Source: Clostridia bacterium
GTDB lineage: Bacteria; Bacillota; Clostridia; Christensenellales; UBA1242
DNA length: 64,000 nucleotides
Direction of reading: 5' to 3'
Assembly (NCBI GenBank): GCA_017467625.1
Contig: JAFUSN010000004.1
Coordinates: 403,963 to 467,962 of the forward strand
Made by a program: the position numbers and the translations under genes. Below the pieces are notes generated by a model, which was not told the origin of the DNA, ran no database searches, and was given only the letters and a program-made list of their open reading frames with translations. Positions 55,884-64,000 of this stretch are shown here, piece by piece. Positions within the stretch are counted from its first letter, which is position 1. Each line of letters begins with the position of its first letter.

Positions 55884-57122
55884 ATGAGAAAAATTTTGCA
55901 TGTTGATTTAAATAGTTTTTATGCGAGTGTTGAGTGTCTGCTTGATGAGTCAATTCGCGAATTTCCAGTTGCTGTGTCTGGTTCCCAAGAAAACAGGCAT
56001 GGTGTTATTTTAGCAAAAAATAATTTAGCGAAAAAACTTGGAATAAAAACAGGAATGACTGTTTATCAAGCTAAAAAACTTGCACCAAATTTAGTTGTAC
56101 GTGAAACTCATTTTGACCAATATGTGAAATATTCCAAGGCGTTTAAGGAACTGCTCACTGAATATACTGATTTTGTTGAATCTTTTGGAATTGATGAAGC
56201 TTGGATGGATATTACAACATGCAGAAAATATGGGGGTGATGCGGTCAAAATTGCAGAAGAAATTAAAAATCGTGTAAAAAATGAACTTGGTTTAACTGTT
56301 TCAGTTGGAGTTAGTTTTAATAAAATTTTTGCAAAACTTGGAAGCGATTTAAAAAAACCAGATGCAGTTACTGTGATTTCAGTGGAAAATTACAAAGAAA
56401 AAATTTTTAAACTTCCAGTTGAAAATTTAATTTATGTTGGGAAAGCAACAAAAACTAAACTCAACAAGCTCATGATAAAAACCATTGGTGATTTAGCAGT
56501 TGCTGATGAAAAACTATTGATAAAGCACCTCGGAAAATGGGGATCAATTTTAAAAGCATATGCCAATGGAAAAGATAATGGGGAAGTTAAAAAGTTTTCC
56601 GAAAAAGATGAATATAAATCAATTGGAAACAGCTTAACATTTTATCGTGATTTAGATACTGATCTTGATGTTGAAACACTTTTAATTTTACTTTCTGAAA
56701 GTGTGTGTTCAAGAATGATTGATTACGGCTATAAATGTGCAAGAACAGTTTCACTTTTAATTATTGACAATTTGCTTAATTATACTGTTCGAATGGCAAA
56801 ATTTTCTGTTCCAACAAATCTTTCAAGTGAGGTATCTGCAAAGGTTATGGAACTTTTTAAAAAGAATTTTAATTGGACTCAAAAAGTGCGTGGACTAGGT
56901 GTAAGTTTGTCGGATTTCACAGATGAAGAACAATTAACTTTTGATTTTGATTTAAAAGATCGCAATAAAAAAGAGAAATTGGAGCAAACTGTTGAAAATT
57001 TAAGAAAAAGGTTTGGAAGAACATCAATAAACAGGGCAGTTGTTTTACGCGAAGAAAAATTTATGGAACTAGATATAAAAGAAGGCCACAGTCACGGAAC
57101 ACTTGGAAAACATAAGGGCTAG
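55884..57122 (+). CDS. dinB: Y-family DNA polymerase IV
   Basis: ILHVDLNSFYASVE, GIDEAWMD (catalytic DE), SVGVSFNKIFAKLGSD. Confidence 0.9.
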   Translation: MRKILHVDLNSFYASVECLLDESIREFPVAVSGSQENRHGVILAKNNLAKKLGIKTGMTVYQAKKLAPNLVVRETHFDQYVKYSKAFKELLTEYTDFVESFGIDEAWMDITTCRKYGGDAVKIAEEIKNRVKNELGLTVSVGVSFNKIFAKLGSDLKKPDAVTVISVENYKEKIFKLPVENLIYVGKATKTKLNKLMIKTIGDLAVADEKLLIKHLGKWGSILKAYANGKDNGEVKKFSEKDEYKSIGNSLTFYRDLDTDLDVETLLILLSESVCSRMIDYGYKCARTVSLLIIDNLLNYTVRMAKFSVPTNLSSEVSAKVMELFKKNFNWTQKVRGLGVSLSDFTDEEQLTFDFDLKDRNKKEKLEQTVENLRKRFGRTSINRAVVLREEKFMELDIKEGHSHGTLGKHKG

Positions 57123-57346
57123 TCAACTTCAACAAACCATGTGTATCCATCAAGCCACATAAAATGAGTTTTTTGATTGATTTCGCATTTAAATCTAATT
57201 CCAGTGCCGCCGCCTTTTAAGCTGGCGGCCTTTCTTCTTTCTAAAACTTTTTGAACGGCAAATTGTTCACCATTCCAAAAAAATGAAAGAGGGGAAATAA
57301 CACCATCTTCATTCATTTTTGCAATGACACATATATTTTTACGCAT
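57119..57346 (-). CDS. small conserved-looking hypothetical protein (75 aa)
   Basis: ORF trimmed to the first ATG after the upstream terminator; no SD; its stop overlaps the dinB stop in a shared CTAG. Confidence 0.35.
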   Translation of the reverse strand: MRKNICVIAKMNEDGVISPLSFFWNGEQFAVQKVLERRKAASLKGGGTGIRFKCEINQKTHFMWLDGYTWFVEVD

Positions 57347-57361
57347 AAAAAAATTATGCAC

Positions 57362-57391
57362 AAAAAAAACACATCTAAACAGATGTGTTTT
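57362..57391 (-). terminator. intrinsic terminator after the SPFH gene
   Basis: Minus strand: aaacacatct/agatgtgttt 10-bp stem followed by T8. Confidence 0.85.
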
Positions 57392-57395
57392 AATT

Positions 57396-58436
57396 TTAAC
57401 CAAGTTTTGTTCCACATTCTGGGCAGAATTTACTTTTTCCAACTTCAGCCCCACAATTTGGACATTTTCCCTTTGCCACAAGTTTTGTTCCACATTCAAC
57501 ACAGAACTTTGCACCTTTTGGATTTTCAGCTCCGCAATTTGGACAGAATTTTGCGTCTGCAGATTTTGCAGTTTTTGTTTCACTTGATGATTTAAGTGAT
57601 TCTTTCATCATTTCACCAAGGGCAAGACCAGTTCCGAGTTGAGTTCCAACGCCCGCTGCGCCGCCTTCGTTTTTAGCAGCATCACGAATTGCATTTGCTG
57701 ATTGATATTTTACAAATGTGTCCATTTTATCAGCAAGAACACCCATGCTTGATCTTGTGTCAATAGCCTTTTCAACTTCTTCAGGGAAGGAGATATTTTC
57801 AATAACAAGATTTGTGAGTTTCAAGCCAAGGTTTGCAAATGTTTCACCGAGTGTTTCAGATGTGATTTTTGAAAACTCAAGCAAGTTGCTTGCAAGGTCA
57901 AGTGCAGAAATTTTTGATTCAGCGATTGTATCTGAAATTGTTGAAACAACAATTGATTTAAGATATGAACCAATATCACTTGTTGTGAATGATGAATTTG
58001 TTCCAAAAAGTTCTTTTAAAAATTTTGCAGCATCATCAACTCTAAATGCATAGTTTCCGTATCCACGAAGTCTAATTGTTCCAAAATCAGCATCTCGCAT
58101 TGTGATTGGGTTGCTGGTTCCCCATTTTTGATTTGTGAATTGTTTTGTGTTAACAAAATAAACATCAGCATAGAATGGTGATTTAAATCCATATGCCCAA
58201 CTCATAAGTTGAGTGAGGATAGGGAGGTTGCTTGTTTGAAGTGTATACATTCCAGGTCCAAAAACATCTGCAATTTTTCCTTTGTTTAAGAAAACTGCAA
58301 CTTGTGATTCACGAACTGTAAGTTTTGAACCATACTGAATTTGTCTTCCATCCATTGGATACTTGTAAACCATTGTATCAGAAGAATTATCAACCCATTC
58401 GAGTGATTTTAATAAATTAGTTTTAAAAAAGCCCAT
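57396..58436 (-). CDS. SPFH/band-7 (YdjI-like) protein with two C-terminal zinc ribbons
   Basis: MGFFK..LEWVD...MVYKYP N-terminus as in YdjI-type SPFH proteins; C-terminal FCPNCGAE..FCVECGTKL and KCPNCGAE..FCPECGTKL. Confidence 0.85.
   Translation of the reverse strand: MGFFKTNLLKSLEWVDNSSDTMVYKYPMDGRQIQYGSKLTVRESQVAVFLNKGKIADVFGPGMYTLQTSNLPILTQLMSWAYGFKSPFYADVYFVNTKQFTNQKWGTSNPITMRDADFGTIRLRGYGNYAFRVDDAAKFLKELFGTNSSFTTSDIGSYLKSIVVSTISDTIAESKISALDLASNLLEFSKITSETLGETFANLGLKLTNLVIENISFPEEVEKAIDTRSSMGVLADKMDTFVKYQSANAIRDAAKNEGGAAGVGTQLGTGLALGEMMKESLKSSSETKTAKSADAKFCPNCGAENPKGAKFCVECGTKLVAKGKCPNCGAEVGKSKFCPECGTKLG
57401..57556 (-). repeat. tandem 78-bp (26-codon) duplication encoding the two zinc-ribbon modules
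   Basis: 19-nt identical stretch caagttttgttccacattc at 57401-57419 and 57479-57497; also ccacaatttggaca / ccgcaatttggaca. Confidence 0.8.
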
Positions 58437-58551
58437 ATTGCCCTCCATTTTCTAATTTCATTATATCATAATTATTTAAATATGCAAATATTTTGACGAT
58501 ATTTTGTAGGTGATTTTTTTTTGATATGATATAATGAATTTGTTGGTAATT

Positions 58552-59805
58552 ATGAAACAAAAATCAAATGAAAAAACAATTAATAATAGATTAAGCAAAA
58601 CAAATATTGCACTGATGACAACTCATGGTTTAAATAACATCATCAGTATTTTTGTTGGCACATTTTTGGTTTCGTATATTTACTCAATTTCTGAGAACTA
58701 TGTTTTGAATGTTGGTTTGTTTTATATGTCCAATTATCTTGTTATGGGTGTTGTGATGTATTTTGTTTCTGTAATGATTGACAGAACCAATAGAGTTTCG
58801 CTTTATCGTATTGCAGTTTTGATTAGAACAGTTTTCATTGTAATTGTTCTTTTTACCGGAAGACAACTTGCTGGACTTGTCATTTTGGCTGGTGCACTTT
58901 ATGGAATTTCGGAGGCATTTTATTGGGGAAGTTATAACTTGATGAAAAATGAACTTGTTAGAAGAAGCTTGATGCCAAAATTTGCAAGTTATCAAAAAGT
59001 TATGACAAAAGTGGGAGATTTTGCAATTCCACTAATTTTAGGAAAGATTATTGATGCAGATTCATTTAAATCAAGTGCAATAATTATTTTGATAGTGGTT
59101 ATTTTAGAGTTAATTAGCACAATGTTCATCATTTCTCAAAAACCAGATGGCTCATCATTTGATATAAAAGGATTTTGCAGAAATGTTAAAGGATTAGGCG
59201 AGAAAAAATATTTTGTTAACACTGTGCTAATTTTAACTTGTTTCGTTGGTGCAGTTTCAGCAATTAGCGTTTTAAACACAATAATAACGATGTTAACATA
59301 TGGAAGTAATTTTTCACTTGGAATTTTCACATCAATTTTTTCAGTGGCCTCACTTGTTTATTTTGTCGTAATTAGCAAGTTTACTAAAACCGGCAAGCGA
59401 AAAGTTTTGTTTTTAATAACTGCATTTGTTCCAATGATAGCTTCAATTGTTTTGATGATTTATTTAAATCAAATAACTACTGCAATTTTTAATGGACTAT
59501 ATTCAATTTTAAGTGTAACATATGACCACACTTATGATATTCATAGAAATGCAGTTATGAAAAACTTTAATATGTATGATGATATTGCAGAATTTCAGTG
59601 TACAATTGAAGTTATTATGGAATTTGTTAGGGCAGTGATTTTTGGTTTAATGGCAATTATTGGCGCACTTGGTGCAGGGTTTGGATCAGGTGGAATGATT
59701 ATTGCGCTCAAAGTAATTTTAGGTGTGTCAGTGCTTGCGTATGTGTTTGCAAATTTTATTTTAATGAAATATGAAGATAAATTAGTTGAAAATAATTTAG
59801 CGTAG
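58552..59805 (+). CDS. 12-TM transporter-like membrane protein (MFS-like), paralog A
   Basis: Polytopic; start chosen by alignment with the downstream paralog; shared motifs DRTNRV, GKIIDADSFK. Confidence 0.6.
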   Translation: MKQKSNEKTINNRLSKTNIALMTTHGLNNIISIFVGTFLVSYIYSISENYVLNVGLFYMSNYLVMGVVMYFVSVMIDRTNRVSLYRIAVLIRTVFIVIVLFTGRQLAGLVILAGALYGISEAFYWGSYNLMKNELVRRSLMPKFASYQKVMTKVGDFAIPLILGKIIDADSFKSSAIIILIVVILELISTMFIISQKPDGSSFDIKGFCRNVKGLGEKKYFVNTVLILTCFVGAVSAISVLNTIITMLTYGSNFSLGIFTSIFSVASLVYFVVISKFTKTGKRKVLFLITAFVPMIASIVLMIYLNQITTAIFNGLYSILSVTYDHTYDIHRNAVMKNFNMYDDIAEFQCTIEVIMEFVRAVIFGLMAIIGALGAGFGSGGMIIALKVILGVSVLAYVFANFILMKYEDKLVENNLA

Positions 59806-59811
59806 GAATGT

Positions 59812-61059
59812 ATGAAAAAAGAAAGAAATTTTGACAGCAAATTCACGGTCTCAAATATTGCACTTCTTGCGACTCACGGAATTTATATTGTGAGTGATAT
59901 TTTTGTGTCAACTTTTTTAATTTCATACATTTACTCAATTTCATCAAACTATGTGTTTGATATTGGGCTTTATTATTTATTCACATATATTGCTTGTGCA
60001 TCACTTATGATAATTTTTTCAATTTGGGTTGATCGAACAAATCGAGTTGGATTTTATCGTGTTGCCACAATTGCAAGGTCTTTGTTTATTTTCTTGATAA
60101 TTTTCTGGGGAAATAAGCTTGCTCAAAATGTAATTTTGGCTGGATTGGTTCATGGAATTTCACTTGCACTTTATTGGAGTAGTTTTAATTTGCTGAAAAC
60201 TGAAACAATAAGAAAAAATACAGTTGGAAGATTTAGTTCTTATCAATTTATTGTTAGTAAAGTAGTAACAATAGTTGTTCCAATTGTGTTTGGAAAAATT
60301 ATTGATGCAGATTCGTTTAAAACCAGCGCAATAATCAATTTGGTTTTGGCTGTTATTGGAATTGTTGTTTCGTTGTTTATAAGGTGCGACAAACCTGATG
60401 GATCAGCATTTGAATATAAACGATTTATTGATTTTATCAATAATTCTGGCAAATATAAGCCATTTATAAAAAAGTGTCTTCACATGGGATATTGTTATGG
60501 AATTGGGAAAGTAACAATTCCACTTAACACAATTTTAATTATGCTTGCGTTTGGTTCAAATTTTTCACTTGGAATTCAGTCAGGTTTAGTTGCTGCAGTT
60601 GGAATTTTTACGGTGGTTTTTGTTAGAAAATTAACTAAGCAGGGAAAGCGTAATTGGCTGTTTTTAATTGGAATTATATTTCCATTGATTTCTGCCGTTT
60701 TGTTGGTTTTTAAACTTGATATTGTAACTGTAACGATTTTTAATTTTACATATAACATTTTCTTTGTTGTTTATGATTTAATTTATGATACTCATCGAGG
60801 ATATATAGTTAAAAAACTAAACATGAGGGAATTTATTGCGGAATATCAGTGCACTATTGAAGCTGGAATGGATATTGTTAGAATTTTTGTTTTTGGAATA
60901 ATGACATTGGTTGGTTATATAGTTGGGAAGTATTATCCTAATTCAATGAATTTGGCAATTGAAGTTTTAATTATTTTGTCAATGTCAGCGTTTGTGGTCA
61001 TTAATGTTATGCTGGCTGGTTATGAAAAAGAATTTGAAAAACTTGATTTGCACCAATAA
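59812..61059 (+). CDS. 12-TM transporter-like membrane protein (MFS-like), paralog B
   Basis: Collinear with paralog A over its full length (about half the residues identical by eye). Confidence 0.6.
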   Translation: MKKERNFDSKFTVSNIALLATHGIYIVSDIFVSTFLISYIYSISSNYVFDIGLYYLFTYIACASLMIIFSIWVDRTNRVGFYRVATIARSLFIFLIIFWGNKLAQNVILAGLVHGISLALYWSSFNLLKTETIRKNTVGRFSSYQFIVSKVVTIVVPIVFGKIIDADSFKTSAIINLVLAVIGIVVSLFIRCDKPDGSAFEYKRFIDFINNSGKYKPFIKKCLHMGYCYGIGKVTIPLNTILIMLAFGSNFSLGIQSGLVAAVGIFTVVFVRKLTKQGKRNWLFLIGIIFPLISAVLLVFKLDIVTVTIFNFTYNIFFVVYDLIYDTHRGYIVKKLNMREFIAEYQCTIEAGMDIVRIFVFGIMTLVGYIVGKYYPNSMNLAIEVLIILSMSAFVVINVMLAGYEKEFEKLDLHQ

Positions 61060-61170
61060 AATTCAGTTATAGTTAGCCTAAAATTTTGTTATATGAAGTG
61101 TTGATTATTAGTTTTTAATTAGAGTTTGTTTTATGCTAAAATATTATTGTAAGTTACTATGGAGGAAAAT

Positions 61171-62055
61171 ATGGATTTAGTTATTATGGCTGCGGGAATG
61201 GGCAGTAGGTTTGGCGGACTTAAGCAAATTGAGCCAATTGATGAATACAAAAATTTTATTATTGATTATTCAATTTATGATGCAATTAGAAATGGCTTTG
61301 ACAAAGTTGTATTCATAATTAAAGAAGAGAATTATGAAATTTTCAGAGAAACAATTGGTAAGAGAATAGAGGGGAAAATTAAGGTTGAATATGTTTTCCA
61401 AGGAGGCCTTGATGTTTATCCGGAAAGAAAGAAGCCTTGGGGAACGGCTCATGCAGTTTTATGTGCAAAAAATGTTGTTAAAGACAATTTCGTAATCATC
61501 AATTCAGATGACTTTTATGGAGAAGATGCTTACAAACAAGCTGCAAAGTTTTTGAAGCAAGTTGATAAAAATTCAAATGATGTTGCTGTTATTGGTTACA
61601 GAATTAAAAACACATTAAGCGAAAATGGTTCAACAAAACGAGGCGTTTGCAAACTGGATGAAAATGATAAGTTAAGTGCAATAATTGAGTCAAAAGTTGA
61701 AAGGATAAACGGAAAAATTGTTGCCACTCCACTTGATGGAGGTGAAAGCTTTGATGTTGATGACAATAGCCTCGTTTCAATGAATATGCTTGCATTCACA
61801 CCACGCTTTTTTGATTTGCTTGAGACGGGACTTGCTGAATTTTTGGAAAAGAATAAAAACAATTATGAAACTTGTGAATATCTTATTCCAATTTATGTTA
61901 ATGAACTTATTTCAAAGGGAATTGTTAATGCTTCAGTTCCAGAAACAAATGCAGTTTGGTATGGCGTAACATATAAAGAAGATAAAGATCAGGTTGTTTC
62001 TTCAATCAAAGCGTTAGTTGATGCAGGAAAATATGAAAAAGGATTGTGGAAATAA
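61171..62055 (+). CDS. sugar-phosphate nucleotidyltransferase (GlmU N-domain / RmlA-like fold)
   Basis: VIMAAGMGSRFGGLKQ signature; PWGTAHAV; INSDDFYG; ATG 61171 behind GGAGGA. Confidence 0.75.
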   Translation: MDLVIMAAGMGSRFGGLKQIEPIDEYKNFIIDYSIYDAIRNGFDKVVFIIKEENYEIFRETIGKRIEGKIKVEYVFQGGLDVYPERKKPWGTAHAVLCAKNVVKDNFVIINSDDFYGEDAYKQAAKFLKQVDKNSNDVAVIGYRIKNTLSENGSTKRGVCKLDENDKLSAIIESKVERINGKIVATPLDGGESFDVDDNSLVSMNMLAFTPRFFDLLETGLAEFLEKNKNNYETCEYLIPIYVNELISKGIVNASVPETNAVWYGVTYKEDKDQVVSSIKALVDAGKYEKGLWK

Positions 62056-62133
62056 TTTAAAAAGCATCTTTTAAAAGTTTTTAAAACACTTTAAAAATAT
62101 TTGCTATTTTTTTGGGGATAATATAAAATGTAA

Positions 62134-62151
62134 TTGTCTAGAACTAGACAA
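62134..62151 (+). promoter_or_regulatory. perfect 8+2+8 palindrome TTGTCTAG-AA-CTAGACAA flanked by AAATGTAA direct repeats, at the spoVG 5' end
   Basis: Lies just downstream of a TTGCTA-17-TAAAAT promoter-like element (62101-62129), 24 nt before the spoVG ATG. Confidence 0.5.
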
Positions 62152-62174
62152 AATGTAAAAGCAAGGAGCAGAAT

Positions 62175-62450
62175 ATGAAAATTTCAGACGTAAGAGTACG
62201 CATTGTAAAAACAGACAAGAGTAAAATTAAAGCTAGCGCTTCAATCACAATTGATGATTGCTTTGTTGTTCATGACATCAAAGTTATTGAAGGAAATGAA
62301 GGATACTTTATTGCAATGCCAAGCAGAAAGACACCAGATGGCGAATTTAAAGATATCGTTCATCCACTTAACACTGAAACTAGAGAGATGATTAAGGATA
62401 TCGTTCTCAAAGCATTTGAAGAAGCTAAACAAAATGCCGTTGAAGAGTAA
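62175..62450 (+). CDS. spoVG: SpoVG family regulator
   Basis: [11 protein letters not shown]...[42 protein letters not shown] is a near-canonical SpoVG sequence. Confidence 0.95.
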   Translation: MKISDVRVRIVKTDKSKIKASASITIDDCFVVHDIKVIEGNEGYFIAMPSRKTPDGEFKDIVHPLNTETREMIKDIVLKAFEEAKQNAVEE

Positions 62451-62477
62451 TATTTGCTCTTTATAAATCCTTAAATT

Positions 62478-62504
62478 AAACACGCGAAAGCGTGTTTTTT
62501 GTTT
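62478..62504 (+). terminator. intrinsic terminator
   Basis: aaacacgc/gcgtgttt stem with GAAA loop, followed by T run. Confidence 0.85.
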
Positions 62505-62554
62505 GCTTAAATTTAATGATTTACAAAGACACTATGTTATGTTAAGATTATAAT

Positions 62555-64000
62555 ATGATATTATTAACAGAATTAAAAGTTCCCGTAAATTATTCAAAGA
62601 GTGATATTTTTAAGGCAATTGAAAAAAAATATCATTTGTTTTCTAATGAAATTTTAAATTTAGATATTTTAAAAGAGAGTATTGATGCAAGGCAAAAACC
62701 AAATGTTATAATTAAACTCAATGTTGCAGTTGATGTGACTTGTGGTGCATTAAAAAAGCTTAAAAATGTTGATGAGGTTAAAGTTGATCATCTTGGAATT
62801 AAATGTGAAAAATTTAATTTTAATGGTGAAAGACCAATGGTTGTTGGATTTGGACCAAGCGGTATGTTTGCTGCTTTAAGACTTGCCCTTGCTGGATTTA
62901 AACCAATTGTGGTTGAACAGGGAAAATGTGTTGATGAAAGACAAAAAGATATTGATTTATTTTGGACCACAGGAAAGCTAAATAAATTTTCAAATGTTCA
63001 GTTTGGAGAAGGTGGTGCTGGAACATACAGCGATGGAAAACTTGCTTCAAATGTTTCAAATGAACACACAAAAAAATGTATAAACGAGTTTGTGTTAGCG
63101 GGCGCTCCAAGTGAAATTTTCTATAGCGGAACACCTCATATTGGCAGTGATAAATTAAAGACAATTGTCAAAAATATTCGTAAAAAAATAATTGCAAATG
63201 GTGGAGATGTTTGGTTTAATACCAAGTTTGTTGATTATGAGTTAAAAAATGGTAAAATTTCATCAGTAAAACTAAACGATACACAAACGGGCGAAATAAA
63301 AATAATTCCGGTTTCTGCACTGATTTTAGCCGTTGGACACAGTGCTGAAGATACGTATAATTTGCTCTTAACAAAACATGTTTTAATGAAACAAAAACCA
63401 TTTGCAATGGGTGTTAGAATTGAGCAAAGTCAAGAAGATATAAACTTATCACAATTTGGAACAAATGATAGCAATTTTCCTGCTGCCAACTACAAACTTG
63501 TTCAGCATCTTGAAAATGGAAGAAGTGTGTTTACTTTTTGCATGTGTCCAGGTGGTGAGGTTGTTGCCTCGTCAAGCGATGATGGAACAATTGTAACCAA
63601 CGGAATGAGCAACTATGCTCGTGATGGCAAAAATGCAAATAGTGCACTTTTAGTTAATGTTGATCCAAAAGATTATGATGAGGGAAATGTTTTAGACGGA
63701 GTTCGCTTCCAGCGTAAATATGAAAAACTTGCGTTTGAACTCGGTGGAAGAAATTATAGTGCACCAGCAGAAAGGGTTGAAGATTTTTTGAAGGGGATTC
63801 AAAATCCAACAAAACTTTCAACAAAAATAGAACCAACATATTTGCCAAAAATTAAGATTGCAGATATTTCAAAATGCTTGCCAAATTTTGTTTGTGAATC
63901 ACTAAAACTATCACTTCCGCTATTTGAGAAAAAAATCAAAAATTTTGCCAATCCAGAAAACCTTTTAATTGGAATTGAAAGTAGGTCAAGCGCTCCTGTT
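62555..64000 (+). CDS. FAD-dependent oxidoreductase (COG2509-like uncharacterised FAD dehydrogenase), 3' end outside the window
   Basis: Own translation from ATG 62555: MILLTELKVP...ERPMVVGFGPSGMFAALRLA (dinucleotide fold)...GEGGAGTYSDGKL...CMCPGGEVV...GIESRSSAPV; open to the window edge, so absent from the ORF track. Confidence 0.8.
   Translation, partial: MILLTELKVPVNYSKSDIFKAIEKKYHLFSNEILNLDILKESIDARQKPNVIIKLNVAVDVTCGALKKLKNVDEVKVDHLGIKCEKFNFNGERPMVVGFGPSGMFAALRLALAGFKPIVVEQGKCVDERQKDIDLFWTTGKLNKFSNVQFGEGGAGTYSDGKLASNVSNEHTKKCINEFVLAGAPSEIFYSGTPHIGSDKLKTIVKNIRKKIIANGGDVWFNTKFVDYELKNGKISSVKLNDTQTGEIKIIPVSALILAVGHSAEDTYNLLLTKHVLMKQKPFAMGVRIEQSQEDINLSQFGTNDSNFPAANYKLVQHLENGRSVFTFCMCPGGEVVASSSDDGTIVTNGMSNYARDGKNANSALLVNVDPKDYDEGNVLDGVRFQRKYEKLAFELGGRNYSAPAERVEDFLKGIQNPTKLSTKIEPTYLPKIKIADISKCLPNFVCESLKLSLPLFEKKIKNFANPENLLIGIESRSSAPV

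Noticed and set aside
57119-57583. Full 154-aa version of the minus-strand ORF
   Set aside because: Its 5' half overlaps the zinc-ribbon coding region of the SPFH gene in another frame and runs through a strong terminator. Only the part after the terminator (57119-57346) is plausible.
1-64000. Mobile elements, prophage, CRISPR-Cas, restriction-modification or other known defence systems; alternative genetic code
   Set aside because: There are no integrase, transposase, recombinase, capsid, terminase, cas or DNA-methyltransferase signatures in any frame. The tRNA genes are not flanked by att-like duplications of their 3' ends. TGA terminates recognisable genes (for example the SDR gene at 19786 and the HAD gene at 21080), so TGA is not recoded.

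Overview
AT-rich, densely coding chromosomal segment from a low-GC Firmicutes-type bacterium. It uses the standard code (TGA, TAA and TAG all end recognisable genes). Most genes lie on the + strand, with Shine-Dalgarno sites and many canonical intrinsic terminators. The content is mostly core housekeeping: typA, tadA, pth, mfd, a prsA-like foldase, pyk, pgk-tpiA-secG, cmk, a pyrG-like gene, dinB, spoVG and two tRNAs. Between these sit membrane-anchored or secreted repeat proteins and small regulators. I see no transposase, integrase, phage module, CRISPR array or recognisable defence system, and no single clearly new multi-gene system. The most unusual observations are listed here. (1) The pyrG-like gene has its glutaminase triad replaced (Cys to Asn, His to Val) and a degenerate UTP-site motif, and it sits beside an archaeal-type cmk. 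(2) A 7-TM protein, a LytS-type kinase and a REC/SARP-like regulator precede a 1250-aa surface protein that has 3 TM helices and a cytoplasmic C-terminal domain, with 11-bp-phased direct repeats in its promoter. (3) mfd carries a 1-nt frameshift inside the Walker A motif, with every other motif intact. (4) A block of anchored Ig-like/GLUG/coiled-coil proteins includes a co-transcribed stand-alone Smr domain. (5) Several smaller items: two apparently leaderless regulator/repair genes, a 19-bp direct repeat bracketing an XRE operon promoter, a lysine/alanine-rich tail on PGK, and degenerate enzyme paralogs. The ORF track misses one real gene, a 3'-open FAD-oxidoreductase CDS at 62555..64000. All family calls come from motif recognition by eye, not from searches.
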